Positions 51,917 to 63,886 of a stretch of DNA of 64,000 nt are shown one piece after another; within the stretch, counting starts at the first letter, position 1, and the number at the start of each line of letters is the position of its first letter. A program made the translations under genes and the position numbers. The stretch covers positions 64,287 through 128,286 of the forward strand of contig JAJXVB010000008.1 of assembly GCA_021782365.1 (NCBI GenBank). The letters are read 5' to 3'. Below the pieces are notes generated by a model. The model made no database searches and was not told the origin of the DNA. It was given only the letters and a program-made list of their open reading frames with translations. Source of the DNA: Pseudomonadota bacterium (GTDB lineage Bacteria; Pseudomonadota; Gammaproteobacteria; Burkholderiales; Gallionellaceae).

Positions 51917-52363
51917 ATGAGCCTCAGGCAAAAAATCACGGATGACATGAAAGCCGCGATGCGCGCCAAGGATGCGGCGCGCCTCTCGGCTATTCGTCTT
52001 TTGCTGGCCGCGATGAAGCAGCGCGAGGTCGACGAGCGCATCGAGCTTGCGGATGCGGACATCATCGCGATCATCGAAAAGATGAACAAGCAAAGGCGCG
52101 ATTCCATCAGTCAGTATGAAGCTGCCCATCGCCAGGATCTGGCCGATGCGGAGAAGTTCGAGATGAGCGTGCTGGCTGAATACATGCCAAGGCAGCTCGA
52201 CGAAGCGGAGATTGCAAAGGCGGTTGATGAGGCCATCGCCTCTGTCGGCGCGCAAGGCCCGCAGGACATGGGCAAGGTGATGGGCTATATCAAGCCTAAA
52301 CTGGCAGGGGTGGCGGACATGAGCCGCGTCTCCGCGTTGATCAAGGCCCGCCTGTCTATTTGA
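51917..52363 (+). CDS. GatB/YqeY domain-containing protein
   Basis: 148 aa: MSLRQKITDDMKAAMRAKDAARLSAIRLLLAAMKQREVDE... It lies between rpsU and dnaG. Confidence 0.9.
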   Translation: MSLRQKITDDMKAAMRAKDAARLSAIRLLLAAMKQREVDERIELADADIIAIIEKMNKQRRDSISQYEAAHRQDLADAEKFEMSVLAEYMPRQLDEAEIAKAVDEAIASVGAQGPQDMGKVMGYIKPKLAGVADMSRVSALIKARLSI

Positions 52364-52405
52364 GTTTTCCGGCAGATCATGCTGGTTCCGCTGTGAGGTG
52401 CTGAC

Positions 52406-54109
52406 ATGATTCCAAGAAGTTTCATTCAGGACCTGCTAAACCGCCTGGATATTGTGGACGTGATCGAGCGCTACCTGCCTCTTAAGAAGGCGGGCGGCAA
52501 TTATGTCGCATGTTGCCCGTTCCACAGCGAGAAATCCCCTTCCTTTACCGTCAGCCAGACCAAGCAGTTTTATCATTGCTTCGGGTGCGGCGCGCATGGA
52601 ACGGCGATCAGTTTCGTGATGGAACATCTGGGCCTGGGATTCGTCGAGGCGGTAGAGGAACTCGCGAAAAGCGCTGGAATGGAAGTCCCTCATGAGCGTT
52701 CGGGCGAAAATTTTCACAAGGCGGCGCCCGATCTCTATGAGGTGATGCAGGCAGCAACGCGCTATTACCGCGAACAGCTGAAATTTTCCAGCCGGGCGAT
52801 CGAATATCTCAAGAAGCGCGGATTGAGCGGCGAGATAGCAGCAAGGTTCGCGATAGGCTATGCGCCGGATGGATGGCAGAATTTGGCCCAGGCCCTGGAT
52901 TATCAAAGTCCGGCGTTGGAGGAGACGGGGCTCGTGATCGTCGGGGAGAAACGGTATGACAGGTTTCGCGACCGCATCATGTTCCCCATCATCAATCAGC
53001 GAAATCAGGTGATCGGATTCGGTGGTCGCGTGCTCGACAAGGGGGAGCCCAAGTATCTCAATTCCCCAGAGACGACGCTCTTTGAGAAGGGGCATGAGCT
53101 TTACGGGCTCTTTCAGGCGCAAAAATCCATCAGGGCGGGGCAGCGTGTCCTGGTCGTCGAAGGTTACATGGATGTGGTTGCGCTCGCGCAGCATGGGATA
53201 GATTATGCGGTCGCCACTCTCGGCACGGCGACCACGCCTTACCATATACAAAAGCTTTTGCGCCTGGCCGAGCAGATCGTATTCTGTTTCGATGGCGACA
53301 AGGCTGGGCGGAAGGCTGCATGGCGTGCGCTCGAGAATGCGTTACCGCATTTGCAGGATGGAAAGCGCGTGAATTTCCTGTTCTTGCCCCAGGAACACGA
53401 TCCGGACAGCTTCGTGCGGGAATTCGGCAAGGAGGCCTTCGAAAGAGAGCTCGGGCAATCCATGCCCCTTTCCGAATATCTGTTGAGCGAAATCAGCAGG
53501 GAGCTGGATCTGAAGACGCAGGAAGGGCGTAACCAGTTGCTGCACCGAGCAAGGCCGCTTGTCTCGGCCATCACTTCCCCTGTCGCATCGCTGCTTTTGC
53601 GCAAGGAAGTGGCGATGCTTGCAGGCATCAGTCAGGCCGAACTTGAGTCGCTGTTCGAGATCAAGTCTGTCGCGCCGCGGCTCGACTTGAAAAAGGCTAC
53701 TCGAACCCCATTTTCGGTTCAGCGACTGTTGCTGCAATGCCTGATTGCGAAGCCGGAGCTTGCGAGGAGCCTGCCTTCAGACTGGCATGGAGAAGGTGCG
53801 GAGGGCGAGGCGATTATCGCCATGCTGTCCGCGCTTCGAGAGGCGGAATTTGCGATGAGCAGCCCTGCGCTGATGCAGATGTTCGAAGGAACGATACATG
53901 CCAAGGTGTTGTCTCAGGCCGAAGCAGACATGCTGGCCTGGGGCTCGTCTTTCGATGTCGATGCTGAATTTGCAGGGCTTGTGAGCCGCCTTGACGACGG
54001 ACAAAGGCGCGAACAGTTTGAGGCGCTGCAAAAAAAGACGGCTCAAGGCGGCCTATCCAGCCTGAGTCCTGAAGAGCGGGAGCTATACTTGGGTCTCTTG
54101 CGGCGCTAG
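52406..54109 (+). CDS. dnaG: DNA primase
   Basis: 567 aa with a zinc ribbon ([14 protein letters not shown]...[10 protein letters not shown]) and a TOPRIM domain ([21 protein letters not shown]). Confidence 0.97.
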   Translation: MIPRSFIQDLLNRLDIVDVIERYLPLKKAGGNYVACCPFHSEKSPSFTVSQTKQFYHCFGCGAHGTAISFVMEHLGLGFVEAVEELAKSAGMEVPHERSGENFHKAAPDLYEVMQAATRYYREQLKFSSRAIEYLKKRGLSGEIAARFAIGYAPDGWQNLAQALDYQSPALEETGLVIVGEKRYDRFRDRIMFPIINQRNQVIGFGGRVLDKGEPKYLNSPETTLFEKGHELYGLFQAQKSIRAGQRVLVVEGYMDVVALAQHGIDYAVATLGTATTPYHIQKLLRLAEQIVFCFDGDKAGRKAAWRALENALPHLQDGKRVNFLFLPQEHDPDSFVREFGKEAFERELGQSMPLSEYLLSEISRELDLKTQEGRNQLLHRARPLVSAITSPVASLLLRKEVAMLAGISQAELESLFEIKSVAPRLDLKKATRTPFSVQRLLLQCLIAKPELARSLPSDWHGEGAEGEAIIAMLSALREAEFAMSSPALMQMFEGTIHAKVLSQAEADMLAWGSSFDVDAEFAGLVSRLDDGQRREQFEALQKKTAQGGLSSLSPEERELYLGLLRR

Positions 54110-54191
54110 GCTAAGGATAGGAAAGATTTGGCGCATTCGGTATAATGATGCGATTTTCCACGGCCCTTTCGGGTCTCACGCAATTGGAAAC

Positions 54192-56174
<1,983 letters not shown>

Positions 56175-56181
56175 CAGTTTC

Positions 56182-56258
56182 GGGCCCTTAGCTCAGTTGG
56201 TTAGAGCAGAGGACTCATAATCCTTTGGTCCGCGGTTCAAGTCCGCGAGGGCCCACCA
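56182..56258 (+). tRNA. ileX: tRNA with CAU anticodon, most likely tRNA-Ile2 (lysidine-modified, ileX-like)
   Basis: Cloverleaf read by eye: acceptor stem GGGCCCT/AGGGCCC, D arm GCTC-AGTTGGTTA-GAGC, anticodon arm GAGGA-CTCATAA-TCCTT and T arm CGCGG-TTCAAGT-CCGCG, with an encoded CCA. The C4-G69 and C5-G68 pairs and the close resemblance to E. coli ileX, which also lies near rpoD, favour Ile2 over elongator Met. Confidence 0.85.
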
Positions 56259-56260
56259 AT

Positions 56261-56293
56261 AAAAAGGCTTGCATTATCGCAAGCCTTTTTTCT
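56261..56293 (+). terminator. intrinsic terminator after rpoD-tRNA
   Basis: AAAAAGGCTTGC - ATTATC - GCAAGCCTTTTT forms a hairpin followed by a T-run (TTTTTT at 56286-56291). Confidence 0.85.
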
Positions 56294-56355
56294 GTCTTGC
56301 GAAGATATGGCTGATTGACTCAGGCTTGCGATGATGGTTGAATCCATCATGAAAA

Positions 56356-56721
56356 ATGGTCACGAGAAATGAAATGATGAACAAGAGCACTGAAGAGATG
56401 CAGGCGGCGCTTCAACGCCATGAGCGGATCAGCAGGCAGGATCTCGAGTGCAGCGGGTGCGGCTACAAGGGACGCATGGGGTTGAGCGGCACAAAGAAGG
56501 CATCAGCGCTCGTGCTTTCCGAGCGGGTCATCTATTCGGCCATCGCGCTGTTCTTCTTCGCCTCCTATTTTGCGGAAAACCAGGCCCTGGCCTTCACGAT
56601 ACGCATGGTGATTCCTGCGCTGGTTTTCGTGATCTTCATCTACACCGAACAGAAGCTCAAGACCTACACCTATTCATGCCCGAACTGCAGCGCGGCGATA
56701 AGCTCGCGCGGCAGCAAATAG
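56356..56721 (+). CDS. hypothetical small membrane protein with two CxxC pairs flanking a two-TM hairpin
   Basis: 121-aa ORF, or about 115 aa from the ATGs at 56374/56377. It has CSGC, then two hydrophobic segments (VIYSAIALFFFASYF and MVIPALVFVIFIY), then CPNC. Third-codon-position GC looks like the neighbouring genes. No clear RBS. Confidence 0.55.
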   Translation: MVTRNEMMNKSTEEMQAALQRHERISRQDLECSGCGYKGRMGLSGTKKASALVLSERVIYSAIALFFFASYFAENQALAFTIRMVIPALVFVIFIYTEQKLKTYTYSCPNCSAAISSRGSK

Positions 56722-56723
56722 CT

Positions 56724-58307
56724 TCACTCGATTGGCTGGTCCGCGACGCGGTGGATGCTGATCGGCGGGATGCGGCGCACCAGATAGAAGGAGAGTGCGA
56801 GCAGCGCGGCGATCAGCCACTGGCTGCCGTGTATCGCACTGATCAGCGCATCGCGAGAACCCATCAGCAGCGCGTTTGCGTCCAGTCCTGCCGCCTTCAG
56901 GAATTTCGCAGCCTTTGCGCGGTCGACCAGTATCTGCGGGTCGTCGAGCCACGATGACCACTGCCCGGTGCGATGGAATTTCAACATCGCGTTCGTCTTT
57001 GCGACGTAGAGATTCGAGATCAGCGCGCCTGCCAGCGCCGTGCCCATCATGTTGCCGACCATGCGCATGCTCTGCAGCATCGCGGTCGCGACCCCGAGCT
57101 GTGTGCGCGGGATGCTGTACTGCGCCATCAGGGTCAGGTTGGGCAGCAGCATGCCCAATCCCAGTCCACCCGTCACCATCGTGATCGCAATCGCCGCATG
57201 GGAAGTGGCGGGGGAGGTCTGCGTCAGCGCCAGCGCCGAGACAAGAAAGAGTCCAAGGCCGACATACAGCAGCGCATTGGGCGCATGAAGCCTCGTCACG
57301 ATGCGCCCGTTCAGGATGCTGCCGACGGTGATGAAGACCGCAAGCGGGGTGACCAGAAGGCCTGCCTCGTTGGGCATCAGTCCGAATCCTCCCTGGAATA
57401 GCAGCGGGGCATAGTACAGGATGGCGAACATGCAGAATCCCATCGTGACCGCCAGTGTGAAGAGCGGGCCCAGTACGCGGTGGGTGAACATTTCAAGCGG
57501 CAACAATGGATGCTTACAGCGCCGCTCCCAGAATAAAAGCGCGATGAATGAAAGAACGGCAGAGAACCCAAGAGCGGCAAGCAAAAAAACAGGCTTGTGC
57601 TGGGGTACCCATTCGGCCAGAAGCTGCAGGCTGCCAAGTGCGGCTGCGATCAGCAGGGAACCCATCCAGTCCATGCCGGAAGGAGGGCGTTCCGAATGGC
57701 GTATCGTGGGCAGAAAATGCCAGACGAATGCGAGGCTGGCTGCTCCCACCGGAAGATTGACGAAGAAAACCCAGCGCCATCCCCAGTACTGCGCGAGATA
57801 GCCTCCGAGAGACGGGCCTATCGCATTGGCAAGACCAAAGGCGGTGCTGAAAAGGATCTGCCAGCGCAGCCGCTCGCGGGCTTCGGGGAACAGGTCCGGA
57901 ACGGATGCGAATGAGGTGGCGACCAGCATGCCGCCCCCTATACCCTGAAGAGCACGCGCCAAGACGAGCTGAAGCATGCTTTGCGCGATCCCGCAGAGCA
58001 TGGAGGCCAGCGTGAAGAGCACGATGGCGGCGACCACGAAGGGCTTGCGGCCATGCTCGTCGCCAAGCTTTCCGAATATCGGCACCGTGATGACGGATGT
58101 CAGAAGATAGGCAGTCCCGACCCATGCATAGAGATCGAAGCCGTTGAGTTCCGCGACCACGGTGGGCAGCGCCGTGCCGATCACCGTCTGGTCGAGTGCG
58201 ACCATGATGAGCACGAAGCAAAGCCCCAGCATCGCCAGTAGGTTTTGCCGGAAACTGCGACCGCTTTCCAGGGTTTTCTCCATCCGCTTTCCGTTTTTCG
58301 TTTCCAT
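56724..58307 (-). CDS. MFS transporter, DHA2 (EmrB/QacA-like, 14-TMS) family
   Basis: Sequence LDQTVIGTALPTVV..., GKLGDEHGRKP, LARALQGIGGG, with many TM segments. The start is uncertain: ATG 58307 or 58283, and the track ORF runs to 58367. Confidence 0.88.
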   Translation of the reverse strand: METKNGKRMEKTLESGRSFRQNLLAMLGLCFVLIMVALDQTVIGTALPTVVAELNGFDLYAWVGTAYLLTSVITVPIFGKLGDEHGRKPFVVAAIVLFTLASMLCGIAQSMLQLVLARALQGIGGGMLVATSFASVPDLFPEARERLRWQILFSTAFGLANAIGPSLGGYLAQYWGWRWVFFVNLPVGAASLAFVWHFLPTIRHSERPPSGMDWMGSLLIAAALGSLQLLAEWVPQHKPVFLLAALGFSAVLSFIALLFWERRCKHPLLPLEMFTHRVLGPLFTLAVTMGFCMFAILYYAPLLFQGGFGLMPNEAGLLVTPLAVFITVGSILNGRIVTRLHAPNALLYVGLGLFLVSALALTQTSPATSHAAIAITMVTGGLGLGMLLPNLTLMAQYSIPRTQLGVATAMLQSMRMVGNMMGTALAGALISNLYVAKTNAMLKFHRTGQWSSWLDDPQILVDRAKAAKFLKAAGLDANALLMGSRDALISAIHGSQWLIAALLALSFYLVRRIPPISIHRVADQPIE

Positions 58308-58381
58308 GGGATTATGCCACCTCAGGCAATCCCGAAGACTATTGATTTTGGATTGCGCGAGGCGCATGCTTCAGATTTCTG

Positions 58382-59356
58382 ATGGAGGGGGCATTGGACA
58401 GCGTTGACCTTGAGGTGCTGACTCGCTTGAATGAATGGCAGAACGATATGCCATGCTGGCTTGCGACCGTGGTCGAGACATTTGGCTCCAGCCCCAGGCC
58501 TAAAGGATCCATGCTCGCCCTGAGGAAAGACGGGGATATGGCGGGATCCGTGTCGGGAGGATGCGTCGAGGACGATCTGCTATTGCGCGCGAAGGAGGAC
58601 AGACTCGCGACAGACAGGGCCGAGATCCTGACCTATGGCGTCACGCGCGAGGAGGCGCTGCGCTTTTCGCTGCCTTGCGGAGGAACCCTGAGGCTTGTGA
58701 TGGAGCCCGTGTGTAAAGCCGGATGGATGAGGAAGGTCCTGCAGGCCGTCAATGCGCGAAGGAAAATCATGCGCACGCTGCATCTGGATACATTGAGGGT
58801 GGAGCTCTCGAACGACACAGAAGGCTTTGAATTTGACGGCCGCATCATGAGGGTCGTGCACGGCCCCCGTCTGCGCATGCTGATCATAGGCGCGAACCAG
58901 ACGGCCGCGTATCTCGCGCGAATGGCGCAGGTCCTGGACTACCATGTGCATGTCTGCGACCCTAGGGCTGAGATGCGCAAGACCTGGGATGTGCCGGGCA
59001 CGAGTTTCACAGGCGAGATGCCGGACGATGCGGTGATGGCGTTGAATGCCGATGAGGACACCGCGATCATCGCGCTGACCCATGACCCGAAACTGGATGA
59101 CATGGCGCTGATCGAGGCGCTAAAATCCGGGGCGTTCTATGTGGGCGCGCTTGGTTCAAATGCCAACAATGCAAGGCGCCGTGAGAGGCTTGCAATGTTC
59201 GATCTCTCGAAAGACGAGATCGAAAGGCTGCACGGTCCTGTCGGTCTTTCGATAGGCAGCAGGACGCCCCCCGAAATCGCTGTTTCCATACTCGCCCATC
59301 TGATCTCTGTCAGGGCGGGCACCGATCAATCCGTCGTCAAGGAGGCGTGTTCATGA
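58382..59356 (+). CDS. XdhC/CoxI family molybdoenzyme maturation protein
   Basis: 324 aa with an N-terminal XdhC_CoxI-like region ([13 protein letters not shown]...GSVSGGCVE) and a Rossmann-like C-terminal half ([16 protein letters not shown]). It sits upstream of the Mo-enzyme subunits. Confidence 0.85.
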   Translation: MEGALDSVDLEVLTRLNEWQNDMPCWLATVVETFGSSPRPKGSMLALRKDGDMAGSVSGGCVEDDLLLRAKEDRLATDRAEILTYGVTREEALRFSLPCGGTLRLVMEPVCKAGWMRKVLQAVNARRKIMRTLHLDTLRVELSNDTEGFEFDGRIMRVVHGPRLRMLIIGANQTAAYLARMAQVLDYHVHVCDPRAEMRKTWDVPGTSFTGEMPDDAVMALNADEDTAIIALTHDPKLDDMALIEALKSGAFYVGALGSNANNARRRERLAMFDLSKDEIERLHGPVGLSIGSRTPPEIAVSILAHLISVRAGTDQSVVKEACS

Positions 59357-59811
59357 TTTCATTTCATCTCAACGGCAAGGAGACGAGGGTCGATGCGGAT
59401 CCAGGCACGCCGCTGCTCTGGGTGCTGCGCGACCATCTGCAACTGACCGGGACGAAATACGGCTGCGGGATCGCGCAGTGCGGCGCATGCACCGTGCATC
59501 TGGACGGCAGGGCGGTGCGCTCCTGTGTCACGCCCCTGTCGATGGCGAGCGGCAAGAAGGTTGCGACGATAGAAGGTCTTTCCGAGACAGAGCTTGGAAA
59601 AAAGGTGCAGGCCGCATGGCAGGAAGTGGATGTGCCGCAGTGCGGATACTGCCAGTCAGGGCAGATCATGGCGGCCGCAGCGCTCCTGAAGGAGCATCCG
59701 CATCCGACAGATTCGCAGATCACCGATGCGATGGACGGCATCCTTTGCCGCTGCGGGACATACAACCGCATCCGTTCCGCGATCAGGCTTGCATCGGGAG
59801 GTGAGAAATGA
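59353..59811 (+). CDS. (2Fe-2S)-binding small subunit of an IorAB-type molybdopterin oxidoreductase
   Basis: Starts at ATG 59353 (ATGA overlap with xdhC, GGAGG RBS). It has two [2Fe-2S] motifs: [11 protein letters not shown] and [10 protein letters not shown]...CRCGTY. Confidence 0.9.
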   Translation: MISFHLNGKETRVDADPGTPLLWVLRDHLQLTGTKYGCGIAQCGACTVHLDGRAVRSCVTPLSMASGKKVATIEGLSETELGKKVQAAWQEVDVPQCGYCQSGQIMAAAALLKEHPHPTDSQITDAMDGILCRCGTYNRIRSAIRLASGGEK

Positions 59812-61952
59812 ACGTCACGCGCAGAAAATTCCTGAAGGATACGGCGGCATTGGTTGGGGGACTTGTGATCGGCTTTCACCTGCCGGCAAGGGGCCGCGCC
59901 TATGCGGCCGGCATGGACGCAGCAAAGGTCTATCCGCCCGATGCATTCATCCACATCGCACCTGACGACCAGATCACCATAGTCGTGAACAAGTCCGAGA
60001 TGGGGCAGGGCGTTTACACATCGCTTCCCATGCTGATCAACGAGGAGCTGGAGGCGGACTGGAGCAGGATAAACGTCATGTCCGCACCTGTGGCTTCCGT
60101 TTACAACCACACGCACATGCCGATGCAGCTCACGGGAGGAAGCTCAAGCGTTTCATCCTCATGGGACCAGATGCGGAGGGTGGGGGCGATAGCCAGGGTT
60201 CTCCTGGTCCGCGCTGCTGCCGAAAAATGGGGGGTTCCGGAAAAGGAGTGCCAAGTTGAAAACGGCCAGGTGATCCATGCGGCGAGCGGAAGAAGGGCGG
60301 GCTACGGGAGTCTTACAGAGGCGGCAGCAAAATTTCCTCTTCCGGAAAAGGTCGAATTGAAGCAGCCTGTGGATTTCAAGCTCATCGGAAAGGCGACCAA
60401 GCGCCTCGATACGCCCGCCAAGACAGACGGCAGCGCTGTGTTCGGCCTTGATGTTTATCTGCCCGGCATGCTCACCGTACTGATCGCTCGCAGCCCCGTT
60501 TTCGGCGGCACGGTGAAGAGCTATAACGCTGACGAGGCCAGAAAGCAGCGCGGCGTTCACGGGATATATCAGGTGCCCACGGGAATCGCGGTTGCGGCCG
60601 ATGGCTTCTGGACTGCGAAGACCGCGCGCGACCTTCTGCAGATCGAATGGGAAGAGGGAAATGGAGCCAGGCTTTCGACGCCCGAGATGTTCGCGGAATA
60701 TCTCGAGCTTGCGAAGAAGCCGGGCCTCGTCGCGCGCCATGACGGCGATGCGGCGAAGGGAATGAGCGGAGCATACAGGACTGTTGCCGCCGAATACCAG
60801 GTCCCGTATCTCGCGCATGCCGCGATGGAACCGCTCAACGTGGTGGTGGATCTGAAGCCCGGCCATTGCGCGATCTGGACGGGAACTCAGGCGCAGACCA
60901 TGGACCGCGCGGCGGCGGCGAGGGTCGCGGGGCTGAAGCCGGAACAGGTGGAGATACACACGACATTTCTGGGAGGCGGATTCGGCAGGCGAGCAAACCC
61001 GAGATCGGATTTCGTCACCGAGGCCGTGCAGGTGGCGGTGGCTGTCGGAAAACCCGTCAAGGTGGTGTGGACCAGGGAAGACGACATGCAGGGAGGGAAC
61101 TACCGGCCGATGTGGGCTGACCGCATAGAAGCCGGGATAGACAGGGAAGGAAAGCCTCTCGCGTGGAAGCACACCATCGTCGGGCAGTCCATCGTGGAGG
61201 GCACGCCTTTTTCGGCCTTCATGGTGCATGCGGGGATAGATGCGACATCCGTCGAAGGGGCCGCGACCATCCCCTATCTGATCCCCAACATAGCGGTCGA
61301 GCTGCACAGCCCGAAAAACGAGGTTCCCGTGCAGTGGTGGCGCTCGGTCGGCCATTCGCATACGGCCTTCGTGGTGGAGACCATGATGGACGAGCTCGCT
61401 CACATGGCGGGCCGCGATCCTGTCGCCTACAGGCTTGCCTTTCTGCCTGCCGATTCCCGCTACAGGGGAGTGCTGAAGCTGGCTGCCGAAAAATCGGGCT
61501 GGGGAAAGCTGCCGGCGGGCCGCGCTCACGGCGTCGCGGTGCATCAGTCTTTCGACAGCTTCGTCGCGCATGTCGCTGAGGTCTCGCTTGAAGACGGCAG
61601 GATACGTGTGCACCGCGTGGTTTCCGCAGTGGACTGCGGCATGGTGGTCAACCCAGACGGCGTGCGCCAGCAGATCGAGAGCGCGATCGTCTACGGGCTT
61701 TCGGCCGCGCTGCACGGCGAGATCACGCTGGACAAGGGGCGGGTCGTGCAGTCCAATTTCAACGACTATCCCCCTCTCAGGTTTTCCGAGATGCCAAAGG
61801 TCGACGTGCACATCGTGGAAAGCGGCATGCCGCCATCCGGAATCGGCGAGCCAGGCACGCCGCCCATCGCACCCGCGGTCGCCAATGCGGTCTTTGCGCT
61901 GACCGGAAAGCGCTTGAGGCGTATGCCTTTCGGACAGGAAAGCCTTGCCTGA
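59808..61952 (+). CDS. molybdopterin-binding large subunit (aldehyde oxidase/xanthine dehydrogenase family, IorB-like) with Tat signal
   Basis: 714 aa with a twin-arginine leader ([23 protein letters not shown]). It shares an ATGA overlap with the small subunit, and its size and organisation resemble IorB. Confidence 0.88.
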   Translation: MNVTRRKFLKDTAALVGGLVIGFHLPARGRAYAAGMDAAKVYPPDAFIHIAPDDQITIVVNKSEMGQGVYTSLPMLINEELEADWSRINVMSAPVASVYNHTHMPMQLTGGSSSVSSSWDQMRRVGAIARVLLVRAAAEKWGVPEKECQVENGQVIHAASGRRAGYGSLTEAAAKFPLPEKVELKQPVDFKLIGKATKRLDTPAKTDGSAVFGLDVYLPGMLTVLIARSPVFGGTVKSYNADEARKQRGVHGIYQVPTGIAVAADGFWTAKTARDLLQIEWEEGNGARLSTPEMFAEYLELAKKPGLVARHDGDAAKGMSGAYRTVAAEYQVPYLAHAAMEPLNVVVDLKPGHCAIWTGTQAQTMDRAAAARVAGLKPEQVEIHTTFLGGGFGRRANPRSDFVTEAVQVAVAVGKPVKVVWTREDDMQGGNYRPMWADRIEAGIDREGKPLAWKHTIVGQSIVEGTPFSAFMVHAGIDATSVEGAATIPYLIPNIAVELHSPKNEVPVQWWRSVGHSHTAFVVETMMDELAHMAGRDPVAYRLAFLPADSRYRGVLKLAAEKSGWGKLPAGRAHGVAVHQSFDSFVAHVAEVSLEDGRIRVHRVVSAVDCGMVVNPDGVRQQIESAIVYGLSAALHGEITLDKGRVVQSNFNDYPPLRFSEMPKVDVHIVESGMPPSGIGEPGTPPIAPAVANAVFALTGKRLRRMPFGQESLA

Positions 61953-62526
61953 TCGCATAGCGGCCGTCGTGCTGGCTGCCGGGTTTTCCCGCCGCTTCGG
62001 CTCGGACAAGCTGCTTCATCGTCTGACGCTGAACGGCAGGACCCTGCCGCTCGCAGCGCACAGCCTGCTGCCCTGGCTCGAAGTCTTCGACAATGTCTGC
62101 GTGGTCACAAGGATAGGCGCAGAGACGCGGAAGATCGCGGATGCGCTAAACGAAGATTCGCGGCTCTCCTGGGCAGTCTGCGAGCATGCAGGAGGGGGCA
62201 TGGCAGAGAGCCTGGCGTGCGGCGTGCGCGCGAACATCGATGCGGCAGGCTGGCTGATCGGGCTTGCAGACATGCCTCATGTTACGGCAAGTTCGATAAC
62301 AGGCGTGAGGGATGCGCTTCTGAAAGGTACCGGTGTTGCGGCGCCCGCGAAAAACGGCAGGCTGGGCCACCCCGTCGGATTCTCTGCGCGCTATCTGGAT
62401 GAACTGCTGGCGCTCGAGGGAGACCGGGGTGCTCGGCATATTCTCGAAAGGGACGATGTCAGAAAATTTGAAACGCAAGACGAGGGTATCTTTTTCGACG
62501 TCGACCTGCCTTCGGACTTGATGTGA
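61945..62526 (+). CDS. mocA: MobA-like NTP transferase (molybdenum cofactor cytidylyltransferase MocA-like)
   Basis: 193 aa with a TTG start and the N-terminal motif [18 protein letters not shown]. It overlaps the large-subunit 3' end by 8 nt. Confidence 0.8.
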   Translation: MPDRIAAVVLAAGFSRRFGSDKLLHRLTLNGRTLPLAAHSLLPWLEVFDNVCVVTRIGAETRKIADALNEDSRLSWAVCEHAGGGMAESLACGVRANIDAAGWLIGLADMPHVTASSITGVRDALLKGTGVAAPAKNGRLGHPVGFSARYLDELLALEGDRGARHILERDDVRKFETQDEGIFFDVDLPSDLM

Positions 62527-62527
62527 A

Positions 62528-63886
62528 TCATCGCCTGTCGTAGAGCCAGGAAATCAGCGCATCCTGCGCTTCCTTGCCGTACTTCGCATTGGGGTGGTTG
62601 ATGATGAAGACCAGCACCCAGTTGTGCGCTCCATGCACATAGCCTGCGATGGATTTCACGTCATCCAGAGTCCCTGTCTTGAGATGCGCGTGCCCCGCGA
62701 TCGCCTGCCCTTTGAAGCGCTTTCTCACCGTGCCGTCCATGCCCAGTATCGGGAGAGAAGCCTCGAATTCGGCGGAATAGGGGCTCTCTTCTGCGCGCGC
62801 CAGGATGTCTGCGAGATGCTTTGCGCTGATGCGCGCGCCTCTGGACAGTCCGGCCCCGTTTTCGATTTCAAGCTCGGGGAAGCCGAACCACTGCGAGATC
62901 GCCTGAACGCTGCTGTCAGGGTTCTTCTGGTCTGACGAAGCAAGCGTCAGGAAAAGCTGCTTCGCCATGGTGTTGTTGCTGAACTTGTTGATGTCGCGGA
63001 TGACTTCGGACAAAGGCGGAGAATAGTGCGTGGAGAATACGGCGAGATTGGGAGGTGTTGCGCCCATGCGGACGTCGCCCGTGATCTTCCCGCCTAGCTC
63101 CTGCCAGAGGGATCTGAATACCGCGAAGAAATAGTCCTTGGGCTGCAAAAGGGAGAAATAGTCCTGCTGTTCTCCGCAGTCTTGCGGGATGCTGCCTTCG
63201 ATCACGATGTCCCGGCCTTCGAGGCGGGAACGGTAGGCGTCTTCTCCGCCGCAGGCAAGACTGGAAGAGGTGGTGACGCGGTTGACGAGATGGTAGCCGT
63301 AGAGCTCGGGCTCGAGCAACGCGGTCGTGTCTTTGCCATCCGGTATGAGTTGCAGATGAAGCGCATTGAAGTTCAGAAGCAGCGCATCAGGCCCCACGTT
63401 GTATGCGCGATCCGGCCTGTTGTCGAATGCGCCCGGATCGTAGTGCTGGTCCGCGAAGAAGCTGTCGTCCAGCACGATGTCGCCCTGTATCTCTTTTAAC
63501 CCGCGCTGGCGAAGTTCGCGCAGCCAAAGCCAGAATGCCTCTAGCGTGAGCTTGGGGTCTCCGTATCCCTTGAATACCAGGTTGCCTTTCAGAACCCCAT
63601 GCTCAAGTCGGCCATCCAGATAGGCCTCCGTCTTCCAGCGGTAGGAAGGGCCCAGCATCTCGAGCCCCGCAAAGGTGGTGAGCAGCTTCATGGTCGATGC
63701 GGGATTCATCGGCATATCCGCATTCAGTCTGATGAGCGGTTTCAAATTGTCAGCCCTGCGCACCTCTATCGCGACGGAATTCAGCGGAATGTTTGCCTTC
63801 CTGAGTTCCACCCGGACTGAATCAGGGAGGCTCGCCGCCTCGGTTTGCATCGTGAAGGCGAGCAGGATAAACAGTATTATTTTCAT
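62528..63886 (-). CDS. dacB: D-alanyl-D-alanine carboxypeptidase/endopeptidase (PBP4, S13 family)
   Basis: 452 aa with a signal peptide (MKIILFILLAFTMQTEA), the SxxK motif (ASTMKLLT) and a KTG motif (LKTGTL). Confidence 0.9.
   Translation of the reverse strand: MKIILFILLAFTMQTEAASLPDSVRVELRKANIPLNSVAIEVRRADNLKPLIRLNADMPMNPASTMKLLTTFAGLEMLGPSYRWKTEAYLDGRLEHGVLKGNLVFKGYGDPKLTLEAFWLWLRELRQRGLKEIQGDIVLDDSFFADQHYDPGAFDNRPDRAYNVGPDALLLNFNALHLQLIPDGKDTTALLEPELYGYHLVNRVTTSSSLACGGEDAYRSRLEGRDIVIEGSIPQDCGEQQDYFSLLQPKDYFFAVFRSLWQELGGKITGDVRMGATPPNLAVFSTHYSPPLSEVIRDINKFSNNTMAKQLFLTLASSDQKNPDSSVQAISQWFGFPELEIENGAGLSRGARISAKHLADILARAEESPYSAEFEASLPILGMDGTVRKRFKGQAIAGHAHLKTGTLDDVKSIAGYVHGAHNWVLVFIINHPNAKYGKEAQDALISWLYDRR

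Noticed and set aside
56182-58367. Possible genomic island integrated at the tRNA (tRNA followed by an orphan small gene and an MFS transporter).
   Set aside because: I found no integrase, recombinase or transposase gene and no direct repeat of the tRNA 3' end downstream. I also saw no obvious compositional break. tRNA adjacency alone is insufficient.
58308-58381. Molybdenum-cofactor riboswitch upstream of the xdhC-iorAB-mocA operon.
   Set aside because: The intergenic region is only about 74 bp, too short for the ~130-nt Moco RNA motif, and I saw none of its conserved stems.
60159-62009. 616-aa ORF on the minus strand, fully antisense to the IorB-like gene. Similar long antisense ORFs occur at 31816-33093 (in ftsI), 42494-43843 (in murC/murB), 11953-13254 (in ppc), 8325-9485 (in lptF), 20047-21003 (in ppx) and 45215-46216 (in ftsA).
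   Set aside because: These are shadow ORFs, expected opposite GC-rich genes with strong third-position GC bias. Their translations are Arg/Ala/His/Gly/Pro-rich with no recognisable motifs. In every case the sense-strand protein carries textbook family motifs.
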